From the NCBI GenBank assembly GCA_036499395.1, contig DASYDW010000010.1, positions 11,668 to 75,667 on the forward strand: a DNA stretch of 64,000 bases, in the 5' to 3' direction. Below are positions 1-8,536 of this stretch, one piece after another. The stretch's first letter is position 1; each line of letters opens with the position of its first letter. The translations under genes were made by a program, and so were the position numbers. The notes under the pieces were generated by a model. The model was not told the origin of the DNA, did no database searches, and saw only the letters and a list, made by a program, of their open reading frames with translations. This stretch comes from Pirellulales bacterium. GTDB taxonomy: Bacteria > Planctomycetota > Planctomycetia > Pirellulales > JACPPG01.

Positions 1-45
1 CGGCAGAATTCCCAACACCTTTTCGTCGCACGGCCGAGCATGAAC

Positions 46-77
46 CCCTCTCCCTCCGGGAGAGGGTAAGGTGAGGG
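46..77. repeat. REP-like palindromic element (copy 1 of 2 in window)
   Basis: The sequence is ccctctccctccgggagagggtaaggtgaggg, with inverted arms CCCTCTCC/GGAGAGGG. A near-identical 32-nt copy lies at 25644..25675 and differs only in the central dinucleotide (cg vs gc). Confidence 0.6.
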
Positions 78-594
78 AATCAGCGTAAACCGGCGTCGCA
101 TTGACGGCTGGAAGCGCCTCGGCGATCGGCCGTTCGTCGTCACCAAACCCATCCCCCAAGGGGAGACGGGATCGTAAGTCGCCACGAGAATCACGAAGCA
201 TCCACAACTGAAATCATGAATGGGCGCCAACAGGTGCCGGCTCTTATTCATGTCATTTGCGTCATTCGTGGTTTTAAGTCCCACTTCCAGCGGCTAACTC
301 CCATTCACATTGCGTTGCTACTGCTGGCGCAGCGCACGGCAATCCTGCGGGGCTTTGCGCCCGGCAAGCGTTGGCGACCGCCCGCGACGGGGCTGGTCGT
401 ATCGATCGCGCGCTTTTCGCGGGATCGTCCGAGCCGGCTCCTGCGACGATTCCGGAAGCTATGTTTCAGAAATACGATTCCGTCGCGTGATGGCGCGGAG
501 CGAACTGCCCGTCAAAACGTGGTGACGCTCGTGGTCAATCGTAGAATAAGCGCTGGCGGTAAATCGCGTGGCTAATCTTTCGGAGCTTCATGCC

Positions 595-1512
595 ATGATT
601 CGGACTATCGTGTGCTTGGCAGTTTTGACGTCCACGGTCGTCATGGGCCGCGGAGTGGCGTTGGCCGAGGAACCAGCCCCGCCTTCGCCCGATGAAGTGG
701 CGATTCGCAAGGCGATCGCCTCCTACGTCGAAGCATTCAATCACGGCGATGCAGCAGCCATCGCGAATCATTTTTCGGAAACCGGCAGCTACGTCGATCC
801 GATCAGCGGCGAGCGCAACGTCGGCCGCGAGGCCATCACCAAGGCGGTCGCCGAGCGCTTTACCGAGGGGAACAAGCCCAAGCTGAGCGTAACCGTCGAA
901 TCCATTCGCCTGTTGAATGACAGCGTCGCGATCGAAGAAGGCACCGCCACGGTGGTAAACAAGAGGGCGCCGCCGGAGGACAGCACGTACGTCGCGATTC
1001 ACGTCAAGAAGGATGGCAAATGGCAGCTCGACAGTGTGCGCGAAACCCTGTTGCCGGAGCCGGAGAGCGACGGATCCAGCCCGCTGGATGAGCTGGCCTG
1101 GATGGTCGGCCAATGGGCCAATAAGTCGTCGAGCGATACGTCGGTCGATACGGTTTGCGACTGGACGATGAACGGCGCGTTCATCACTCGAACATTCCGC
1201 GTCGCGGTTCAAGGGCAGCCGGTTATGGTCGGCACACAGATCATCGCCTGGGATCCGGTGAACAATCGCATTCGTTCCTGGGTTTTCGACACCGACGGTA
1301 GTTTTGGCGAAGGAAATTGGACCCACGAAGAGAACCGCTGGACGATCCGTACGACGAACACCTTGGCCAACGGCCGCAAGGCGACCGGTATTCAGATCAT
1401 TACCAAGGTTGACGACAACAGCTTCACTTTCGAATCGATCGGCCGGCAAGTCGACGGCGAGTTGCTGCCGAACGTCGAACCGATCACGATCGTGCGCCAA
1501 ACCAAAGACTAA
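595..1512 (+). CDS. Secreted two-domain NTF2-fold protein (SnoaL-like/DUF4440-like N-domain)
   Basis: ORF 568..1512 opens with GTG. An ATG at 595 is preceded by GGAG and followed by a hydrophobic signal peptide (MIRTIVCLAVLTSTVVMGRGVALA). 'IRKAIASYVEAFNHGDAAAIANHFSETG' is a typical SnoaL/DUF4440 opening helix. Confidence 0.7.
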   Translation: MIRTIVCLAVLTSTVVMGRGVALAEEPAPPSPDEVAIRKAIASYVEAFNHGDAAAIANHFSETGSYVDPISGERNVGREAITKAVAERFTEGNKPKLSVTVESIRLLNDSVAIEEGTATVVNKRAPPEDSTYVAIHVKKDGKWQLDSVRETLLPEPESDGSSPLDELAWMVGQWANKSSSDTSVDTVCDWTMNGAFITRTFRVAVQGQPVMVGTQIIAWDPVNNRIRSWVFDTDGSFGEGNWTHEENRWTIRTTNTLANGRKATGIQIITKVDDNSFTFESIGRQVDGELLPNVEPITIVRQTKD

Positions 1513-1544
1513 CACCAGACCGCACTCGCGCAAGGGGATATGCG

Positions 1545-2951
1545 ATGACCAAAGTAGCAAGCCATCTCATGCTGTTCGTGATCCTGGTGGCGCAACCGGC
1601 TGAACTTTTGGCTCGTGGTGGTGGCGGCGGTCGCGGCGGAAGTTTTGGCGGCGGCCGTAGCTTCTCGAGCGCCGGAGGCCGTGGCTTCAGCGGCGGTGGA
1701 GGAAACTTTGGCGGCGGATCGCACAATTTTGGTGGTGGCAATTTCGGCGGGGGATCGCGTAATTTCGGCGCGGGCAACTTCGGTGAACACACTCCGTCGA
1801 TGAGCCATAGCTCGTCTTATAACCAGGGCTCGCGCGGCGCTTACGGCGCGGCGGGCGGATACGGCGGTCGTGAATTCGGCGGCGCTGGCGCTTACGGCGG
1901 CCGTGAGTTTGGCGGTGGGCAATTCGGTGGCGGGCAATTCGGCGCTCGGCCCAATGCCGGCGAGCTAGGACACTTTTTGAACATGCCGCAAACTGGCGGC
2001 AACTTCGGCGGCGCAGGGCGCGGTCCTGGCAATATCGCAGGAGCAGGCGGTGCCGGACGCGGTCCAGGAAACATCGGCGGCGCTGGCAAAGGCCCCGCTG
2101 GTAATCAGGCGGGCGATCGCATTCCTGGTGACCGCAATCTGAATAATCGCACGGCCGGAAATCTCAATCAGCAGCAGCAACAGCACGCGCAGAACATCCG
2201 CAACAATATCCAAAACAACCACAACAATTGGTACGGAAATCACAACAACTGGTACAACCACAACTGGTGGAACAACCACGGTGGCGCGTGGAATAACGGA
2301 TGGAATTATTGGCACGGCTGGGGCCCTGGCTATTTCTGGGGCGGGCTCGGCGTCGGCGCTCTATCCGGCTTCATGCTCGGTAACTGGGGAACGCCGTATT
2401 ACTACGGCTACGGCGCCGGCGGAAACGTCGCCTATCAAGACGGCGGCGTATACGTCAACGGTCAGTACGCAGCAACGCCTGATGAGTACTACGATCAAGC
2501 GCAGCAAATCGCGCAGACGCCGGTCAGCAACGATGCTCAGAACGGCGACTGGATGCCGCTGGGCGTGTTCGCTGTGTCGAGCCGCGCCGACGACGATCAC
2601 CCGGCGATGATGATGCAAATGGCCGTCAGCAAGCAGGGCAACCTGGCCGGCATGTACTACAACACCTCGGATGACGTGGCGCTGCCGATCCAGGGAGCCG
2701 TCGATCAAAAGACGCAACGCGCGGCGTGGACCGTAGGCGACAAGAAGAACACCGTGCTTGAGACGGGCATCTTCAACCTGACGAAGGACGAGACGCCGGT
2801 CTTGGTCCACTTCGGCGATGAGAAGACACAAAACTGGACGATGGTCCGCCTCGACAAGCCGGAATCGGGCTCGCAAGATGTTTTCGGCCCATCATCGGCC
2901 CAGCCAGCGCAAGCGCCTGCACCCGGCCCGGCCGCGCCGTCGGACTCGTAA
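1545..2951 (+). CDS. Secreted glycine-rich low-complexity protein (RGG/FGG repeats, N/W/H-rich tract, globular C-terminal domain)
   Basis: ATG at 1545 follows an AAGGGGA Shine-Dalgarno sequence. The signal peptide is MTKVASHLMLFVILVAQPAELLA. Residues 25-190 are GGGNFGGG/GYGGREFGG/AGRGPGNI repeats, residues 197-262 are N/Q/H/W-rich, and residues 335-440 have ordinary composition. The long ORF is kept open through the repeats. Confidence 0.75.
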   Translation: MTKVASHLMLFVILVAQPAELLARGGGGGRGGSFGGGRSFSSAGGRGFSGGGGNFGGGSHNFGGGNFGGGSRNFGAGNFGEHTPSMSHSSSYNQGSRGAYGAAGGYGGREFGGAGAYGGREFGGGQFGGGQFGARPNAGELGHFLNMPQTGGNFGGAGRGPGNIAGAGGAGRGPGNIGGAGKGPAGNQAGDRIPGDRNLNNRTAGNLNQQQQQHAQNIRNNIQNNHNNWYGNHNNWYNHNWWNNHGGAWNNGWNYWHGWGPGYFWGGLGVGALSGFMLGNWGTPYYYGYGAGGNVAYQDGGVYVNGQYAATPDEYYDQAQQIAQTPVSNDAQNGDWMPLGVFAVSSRADDDHPAMMMQMAVSKQGNLAGMYYNTSDDVALPIQGAVDQKTQRAAWTVGDKKNTVLETGIFNLTKDETPVLVHFGDEKTQNWTMVRLDKPESGSQDVFGPSSAQPAQAPAPGPAAPSDS

Positions 2952-3011
2952 GCGACTGTGATCAAACGCATTCGAATTCGAGTGCCAGGTTCACGCGGAC
3001 GTGTGGCGCAC

Positions 3012-3047
3012 GAAAAAGACCCCGGACGAGTTCGATCTCGCCCGGGG
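3012..3047 (-). terminator. Intrinsic terminator for the minus-strand gene ending at 3177
   Basis: On the minus strand, CCCCGGGCGAG-atcgaa-CTCGTCCGGGG (an 11-bp stem with one mismatch) is followed by TCTTTTTCG. Confidence 0.55.
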
Positions 3048-3176
3048 CCGTGCTTGATTCGCGAAAATGTTCGCTAATTCAATCTCGTTGCAGCGAGATT
3101 GGACGAGCGGGACGTCCTTGGCGACACGACCACGCGCCCAACCATCGGCAGCGTACTGGTCATTGCCGCCGAACGA

Positions 3177-4184
3177 CTACTTCTCGTCCTTGGCGGACTT
3201 GTCGGCACCCTTACCGTCGTCGCTCTTTCCTTCGCGGACGGTGACCTTCTCTTCGACTTCTTGTGTGATCTCGCGGTTCGGAGCGGTGATCGCGATGACC
3301 TGCTTCTGGACGCCCTCGGCCTTCAGCGTGCGGCCGGCGTTGACATCGAAGTAGATCGTCATGTCCCCTTCTTGTTCTTCGATCTCAATATCGACCTGCG
3401 ATTCCTCGGCCGGCTCGAACGTGATGTCGCTCTTGGCCGCGATCTTCTGAATCTCGTGTCCTTCGGCCGACGTCTTCTCCGAAGTGGAATACGTGACCTC
3501 GGTCTTCTTTACGCCCGCGCCGCGCATCTCTTCGGCGAAGCTCTGCGACCACTTCACATCAGGCGCGACCGCTTTCTCGGGCAGAGGAACGATCGAGCGC
3601 GTGATCATTTCCTTGATGCTGTTCTCGTTTAGGCCCCCCATCATGCCACCCATTCCGCCACCACCGCCGCGACGGCCGCCGCCACCGCCGCCCCCTTGCT
3701 GCTTGGCAAGTTGCTCGGTGACCTTTTCCGGCAGAGTGATGTCGCTAACCTGGCCGGTGGCCGTGGCCTTCAGCGTGAACGTCTGGCCGACAAGCGATTC
3801 GATCATCGGGCCCATCATGTCCCAGATTTGTCCCGTGCCACTGCCAGGCTTCTTCGAGTCGTAATCCAATCCGCCACCCAGGGGCGAATCCATCTTCATC
3901 TGAATGCGATCGACCGTTTGCTCGATCGAGGCGGTGCCGTCGGCGTCGACCGACTTCACCTTCCAACTGGTGTCGAAGATCATGCCCGATTTGATTTCGA
4001 TCAGTGAACCGGAGAGATCGATTTTCATATCCGTCTCGCGATCCATGACGTAGTTCAGGGTGTCGCCTTCCTTGAACTTCCAACGTAGCGTGTTGTCAGC
4101 ACGCGCGGCGCCGGCGGAGATCATTCCGCAAGTCGCGACAGTGACAGCGAGCAAGTAGTACCGATAAGCGCGAGAGCACAACAT
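3177..4184 (-). CDS. Secreted hypothetical protein with an internal poly-Gly/Arg insert
   Basis: ATG at 4184 (MLCSRAYRYYLLAVTVATCGMISAGAARA is a signal peptide). The composition looks beta-rich. 'QQGGGGGGGRRGGGGGMGGMMGG' is encoded at about 3632..3697. I recognised no catalytic motif. Confidence 0.7.
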   Translation of the reverse strand: MLCSRAYRYYLLAVTVATCGMISAGAARADNTLRWKFKEGDTLNYVMDRETDMKIDLSGSLIEIKSGMIFDTSWKVKSVDADGTASIEQTVDRIQMKMDSPLGGGLDYDSKKPGSGTGQIWDMMGPMIESLVGQTFTLKATATGQVSDITLPEKVTEQLAKQQGGGGGGGRRGGGGGMGGMMGGLNENSIKEMITRSIVPLPEKAVAPDVKWSQSFAEEMRGAGVKKTEVTYSTSEKTSAEGHEIQKIAAKSDITFEPAEESQVDIEIEEQEGDMTIYFDVNAGRTLKAEGVQKQVIAITAPNREITQEVEEKVTVREGKSDDGKGADKSAKDEK

Positions 4185-4643
4185 TTCGTTCGCCTTTCGT
4201 GTTTTGTAATGGACCGACGCTTGGTGAGGAACGCAGGAACAACTAACCAACCACCTACCACGCCAGACCCGCCGAACGCCGCGGCCTGCCGGGCCGTCGA
4301 CATCGCGATTGTGTCCGCCTGCAAACTCGTCCGCCTAAGAATCTGCCGCCCGAGAGGTTTCGCACTGCGGGTCTGCTACCGCCGTGGCCGGCTGTCGCCG
4401 GTCTGGCTGCAATTGTATCCCTCCCCGCGCGTTACGCAATCACGCGGCGGGCCCGCCTCCGGCCGCGATTTCGGCACGTCACGTCGCACCGAAACGACCT
4501 CCGGCCCGGTGCCTGACACCCCCGAATTGATCTCCAGCGCAACCTCGGTGCGAGGCCAGCGGTGGTGTGCTACAACGCTGGCTAAGAATCGGGAAGAATC
4601 GGATCAATCAACGCACGCTCGTCCTCAACGTGGAGAAGGAAAT

Positions 4644-5438
4644 ATGAACGTCGAAGGAAAGGCAGCTATCGTCACCGGCGGCGGCACCGGGGTCGGTCGG
4701 GCCACCGCACTCGAACTGGCACGGCGCGGCTGCGCGGTGCTCATCAATTACTCACGATCGCGCGACGAGGCCGAGCAGACCGCCGCCGACGTCACGGCGC
4801 TCGGCGTACGCGGCCTCGCCGTTCAGGCAGACGTCGCCGAGGATGCGGCCTGCCGCAAAATGGTCGACACTGCAGTCCGCGAATTCGGACGCCTGGACGT
4901 GCTGGTCAACAACGCCGGCACGACTCGCTTCATTCCGCACGATCAGTTAGACGACGTAAAGACCGAAGATTGGGAACGGATCATGGCCGTGAACCTGCAC
5001 GGTCCGTTTCAGTGCGCGCGCGCCGCGGCGGCCGCGATTCGTGCCAGCAGCGGCGAGGGAGAAATCGTCAACATTGCCAGCACGGCGGGTATCGCTGCGA
5101 TGGGGAGCTCGATTCCCTATTGCGCTTCGAAGGCGGCGCTCTTGAATACGACGGTCGCACTGGCCCGCGTCCTGGCTCCCAATATCCGCGTCAACGCCGT
5201 GGCCCCCGGCTTCATTGACGGGCGCTGGCTGCGCAACGGATTGGGCGCCTCGTTCGAAGTCGCGCTGAAGATGTACGAGGATCGGCTCCCGCTGGGGCGC
5301 GTCTGTCAGCCCGAGGACGTGGCCGCCGCTGTCATCAGCCTGATCACGGGCTCCGATACGGTGACCGGTCAAACGATCGTCTGTGACAGCGGCATGCTGA
5401 TTGCAGACTTTATCGCGCGTCCCAAACCGCGCACCTGA
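4644..5438 (+). CDS. SDR-family oxidoreductase (FabG-like 3-oxoacyl reductase type)
   Basis: ATG at 4644 is in frame with ORF 4209..5438. The protein has the 'GKAAIVTGGGTGVGRA' Rossmann motif, 'NNAG', and 'YCASKAAL' (YxxxK). Confidence 0.9.
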   Translation: MNVEGKAAIVTGGGTGVGRATALELARRGCAVLINYSRSRDEAEQTAADVTALGVRGLAVQADVAEDAACRKMVDTAVREFGRLDVLVNNAGTTRFIPHDQLDDVKTEDWERIMAVNLHGPFQCARAAAAAIRASSGEGEIVNIASTAGIAAMGSSIPYCASKAALLNTTVALARVLAPNIRVNAVAPGFIDGRWLRNGLGASFEVALKMYEDRLPLGRVCQPEDVAAAVISLITGSDTVTGQTIVCDSGMLIADFIARPKPRT

Positions 5439-5463
5439 TACTTAGATCGTAAGGAGAATCGTC

Positions 5464-5805
5464 ATGGCCAAGGATCATGTCTTTACCGAGGCCGAGTTGC
5501 AGGCAGAACTGGCGAAGCTCCCTGGCTGGGAGGTCCGCGACGGCTGGCTGCGCCGCAAGTTTGCGACTCCCGGCTGGCCACATACCCTGCTGCTGGCCAA
5601 TACGATCGGCTACCTGGCCGAGGCCGCATACCACCACCCGGACCTGTCGCTGGGGTACGCCGAAGTGACTGTGAAGCTGCAAACGCACCGGGTTCATGGC
5701 ATTACGGCCAGCGATACCGAACTGGCCGCTAAGATCGACGAAGTCGTGCTTTGGAAGCCGAACGGGGGCGCCCTGGAAGGATTTCCCAAGAAATGGGTGC
5801 ATTAG
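5464..5805 (+). CDS. phhB: 4a-hydroxytetrahydrobiopterin (pterin-4-alpha-carbinolamine) dehydratase
   Basis: 113 aa with an AAGGAG Shine-Dalgarno sequence. 'LPGWEV...L.R.F', 'AEAAYHHPDL' and 'V.V.L.TH' are the PCD family signature. Confidence 0.88.
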   Translation: MAKDHVFTEAELQAELAKLPGWEVRDGWLRRKFATPGWPHTLLLANTIGYLAEAAYHHPDLSLGYAEVTVKLQTHRVHGITASDTELAAKIDEVVLWKPNGGALEGFPKKWVH

Positions 5806-5929
5806 CTGCGTAGAAAGAGCTGGGCGTCGAGGGCCAAGTCGGATTTCGTCCCGAGGCTCCAAGGATACCGACCAAACGGCGAACCTCTATCAGTTACAAC
5901 AACCATCGTTGGCTGAAAGGAGTTCAATC

Positions 5930-6565
5930 ATGTCACTATGGAAGCATGGTCTAGGGGTTGTCGGCGCTTCGTTCCGCTCGTTCCTGCTTGTGAACTTCGT
6001 CTATTTCGGGCTTGTTGGTTGTGGCATGACATACGGGTCCTGGAATCCGGATGTTCACCAGCGATTGGCTGGCAATTTGCGCACGGGAGCGAAACAGGGG
6101 CTTCCCGCCGTGGTAGCCGCCTATGGGGACGGGCACTTTTTTCGCGCCGTGGCTTGGACCCTGGGAATAAACCTGATGGGCGGAGCGTTTCTTTATATCA
6201 CGCTCCCCTCGCTCGCCGTGCCGATGGCCGGGCTGGTAACGGGCTCTCTGCGCGCTGTCACCTGGGGACTTATTTTTACGCCAAGCTTGGCACGGCTCGA
6301 TGCTGTCACATTATCGCGCGGAGCACTGATCGGCCTGTTGCTTCTGCTGGAAGGATCGGGCTACGTATTAGCGATGTTCGGATCGTTTCTGCACGGCCGC
6401 GCACTTCTACGGCCGGCATCCGTGGGCGCCACAGGACGTTGGGATGGTTACAAGATTGGCGCTTGTCAGTCGCTCGCGCTTTATCCATTGATAGTCACGA
6501 CACTGACTGTGGCAGCCGTCTACGAGGCCACGATCCTTATTCTCGTGCTGCCGACGCTCAAATGA
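5930..6565 (+). CDS. Hypothetical polytopic membrane protein
   Basis: ATG at 5930 is in frame with ORF 5696..6565. I see five or six hydrophobic segments. No family is recognised with certainty. Confidence 0.6.
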   Translation: MSLWKHGLGVVGASFRSFLLVNFVYFGLVGCGMTYGSWNPDVHQRLAGNLRTGAKQGLPAVVAAYGDGHFFRAVAWTLGINLMGGAFLYITLPSLAVPMAGLVTGSLRAVTWGLIFTPSLARLDAVTLSRGALIGLLLLLEGSGYVLAMFGSFLHGRALLRPASVGATGRWDGYKIGACQSLALYPLIVTTLTVAAVYEATILILVLPTLK

Positions 6566-6599
6566 CGCGAGCAAGATTACTCAAGGAGGTTCTTCAAAG

Positions 6600-8399
6600 A
6601 TGGGCTTGTCGCTGAACGGCAGCATTGTTGCGATCGCATTTTTTGCGACATCGATTCTCTGCGGGAGCACCGAGACATTTGCCGCCGAGGACGTGCCAGG
6701 CAAACAATTGTCCAAGCTCTTCGCCGATAGTTGGGAATTCGCCCTGCGCGAAGATCCTCTGTTCGCCACCAGCACCGGCGACAGTCGCTACAACGACAAG
6801 CTGCCGCGCGAGACCCTGACCGATCATGCGCGCCGCCTGCAGTCCGAACGCGCATTCCTCGACCGGCTGCAAAAGATTCCCCGCGATCAACTCACGGCGA
6901 CGGAGCAGGTCAATTACGACATCTTCGAACGGCTGAAGCGCGAAGCGATCGCCGAATACGAATTCCAGGCGGACTTGATGCCGATTACGAATCGGTCTGG
7001 CTTTCATGTCTCGTTTCCCGAACTGCCGTTGGAAATGCCGCTGGCGTCGGTCGATGACTATAAGAATTACGTCTCGCGCCTCGCGGCCTTCTCGCAATTC
7101 GTTGACGACAACATCGAGCTGATGCGCGCCGGCATTAAGCAAGGAATGGTCCTCCCTGCGATTTCGATGGTCGATTTCGAAATGGCGATTCAGCCCCACA
7201 TCGTCGATGATCCCACGGCAAGTCTGCTTTACAAACCACTGGCCAAGTATCCCGACACCGTGCTCGAGTCGCAGCGTGCGGCGCTGACCGAGGCCGGTCG
7301 CAAGGCAATCGTCGCCAGCGTTGTGCCCGGCTACCGAAAGTTGCTGACTTTCCTGGGCAAGGAATACGTACCCGCCTGTCGGCAACAGGTTGGCGCAAGC
7401 GCCTTGCCGCGGGGCCGGGAATACTACCGGCACCGCGTGCGGCAGTTCACCACGCTCGATATCGATCCGCAGCAGGTGCATGACATCGGTCAGGCCGAGG
7501 TAAAACGAATCAAGGCCGAGATGCAATCGCTCATCAAGCAGGTGGATTTCAAGGGGGATTTTCCGGCGTTCGTCGAGCAACTTCGCTCCGATCCGCAGTT
7601 TTATGCCGATTCGCCCGAGCAACTGATGAAGGAAACCAGTCTGGTGCTGAAGCGCATGGACGGCGAGTTGCCCAAGCTGTTTCGCAAGCTGCCACGCACG
7701 CCCTACGGCATTCGCGAGATTCCGGATTTCATCGCGCCGCGTACCACCACGGCCTATTACCAACCGCCGGCCGGTGACGGCAGCCGGGCCGGGTTCTATT
7801 ACGTCAACACGTACAATTTGAAAAGCCGGCCGCTGTACGAAATCGAAGCCCTGTCGCTGCACGAAGCGGTGCCCGGCCATCATCTGCAGATCGCGCTGGC
7901 GCAAGAGTTGGAAGACGTGCCAGCGTTCCGCCGCTTCGCCGGCTTCACCGCCTTTATCGAAGGATGGGGGCTGTATGCCGAACGGCTGGGCCTGGAAGTC
8001 GGCTTCTACCAGGACCCGTACCGCAACTTCGGCCGGCTGAGTTACGAAATGTGGCGGGCCTGCCGACTGGTCGTTGACACCGGCATGCACTACCTGGGTT
8101 GGACCCGCGAGCAGGCCATCCAGTTCATGGCTGATAACACGGCCCTGTCATTACATAACATCACGGCCGAGGTGGATCGTTACATCGCCTGGCCGGGCCA
8201 GGCCGTGGCCTACAAAATGGGCGAACTAAAGATTCGCGAGCTGCGCCGTCTGGCCGAGGATCGGCTGAAAGACCGCTTCGACGTTCGCGAATTCCACGAC
8301 GTCGTCCTCTCGAGCGGTGCTATCCCCCTGAGCGTGCTGGAGGCGAACGTCAAAGCCTGGCTCGATACCGCCGATGCGCCGGTCGAAGGGAGGAAGTGA
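6600..8399 (+). CDS. DUF885-family protein (putative metallopeptidase-like, secreted)
   Basis: A GGAGG Shine-Dalgarno sequence lies upstream and a signal peptide is present. 'LSLHEAVPGHHLQ' plus 'VDRYIAWPGQAVAYKMG' are characteristic of DUF885. Confidence 0.85.
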   Translation: MGLSLNGSIVAIAFFATSILCGSTETFAAEDVPGKQLSKLFADSWEFALREDPLFATSTGDSRYNDKLPRETLTDHARRLQSERAFLDRLQKIPRDQLTATEQVNYDIFERLKREAIAEYEFQADLMPITNRSGFHVSFPELPLEMPLASVDDYKNYVSRLAAFSQFVDDNIELMRAGIKQGMVLPAISMVDFEMAIQPHIVDDPTASLLYKPLAKYPDTVLESQRAALTEAGRKAIVASVVPGYRKLLTFLGKEYVPACRQQVGASALPRGREYYRHRVRQFTTLDIDPQQVHDIGQAEVKRIKAEMQSLIKQVDFKGDFPAFVEQLRSDPQFYADSPEQLMKETSLVLKRMDGELPKLFRKLPRTPYGIREIPDFIAPRTTTAYYQPPAGDGSRAGFYYVNTYNLKSRPLYEIEALSLHEAVPGHHLQIALAQELEDVPAFRRFAGFTAFIEGWGLYAERLGLEVGFYQDPYRNFGRLSYEMWRACRLVVDTGMHYLGWTREQAIQFMADNTALSLHNITAEVDRYIAWPGQAVAYKMGELKIRELRRLAEDRLKDRFDVREFHDVVLSSGAIPLSVLEANVKAWLDTADAPVEGRK

Positions 8400-8536
8400 C
8401 AGCGGTTGGACACGGGAAGTGTCGGCCCAAAGAATTTGCAATACCCTCGGCCCAGGCTTAAGATACGGGCGGTGTGGCGGCGGTGTCTTTCTGCGCCTAA
8501 TTTCTCTAACCGCCATCTTCTTTGGGGGTCACGAAC

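Noticed and set aside
216-575. 119-aa plus-strand ORF near the window start
   Set aside because: It is Arg-rich with no motif and no Shine-Dalgarno sequence. It overlaps the promoter and leader of the next gene. I could not support it as coding.
535-1560. 341-aa minus-strand ORF
   Set aside because: It is fully antisense to the SnoaL-like gene (595..1512), which has a signal peptide, a Shine-Dalgarno sequence and recognisable motifs. The composition is Arg/Gly/Ala-rich, typical of high-GC shadow ORFs.
1617-2114. Short tandem DNA repeats that might suggest a CRISPR or VNTR array
   Set aside because: The repeats are in frame, imperfect and encode Gly-rich peptide repeats. There is no repeat-spacer architecture and no cas genes.
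6594-8090. 498-aa minus-strand ORF
   Set aside because: It is antisense to the DUF885 gene, which carries the family HExxGHH-type signature. It is a shadow ORF.
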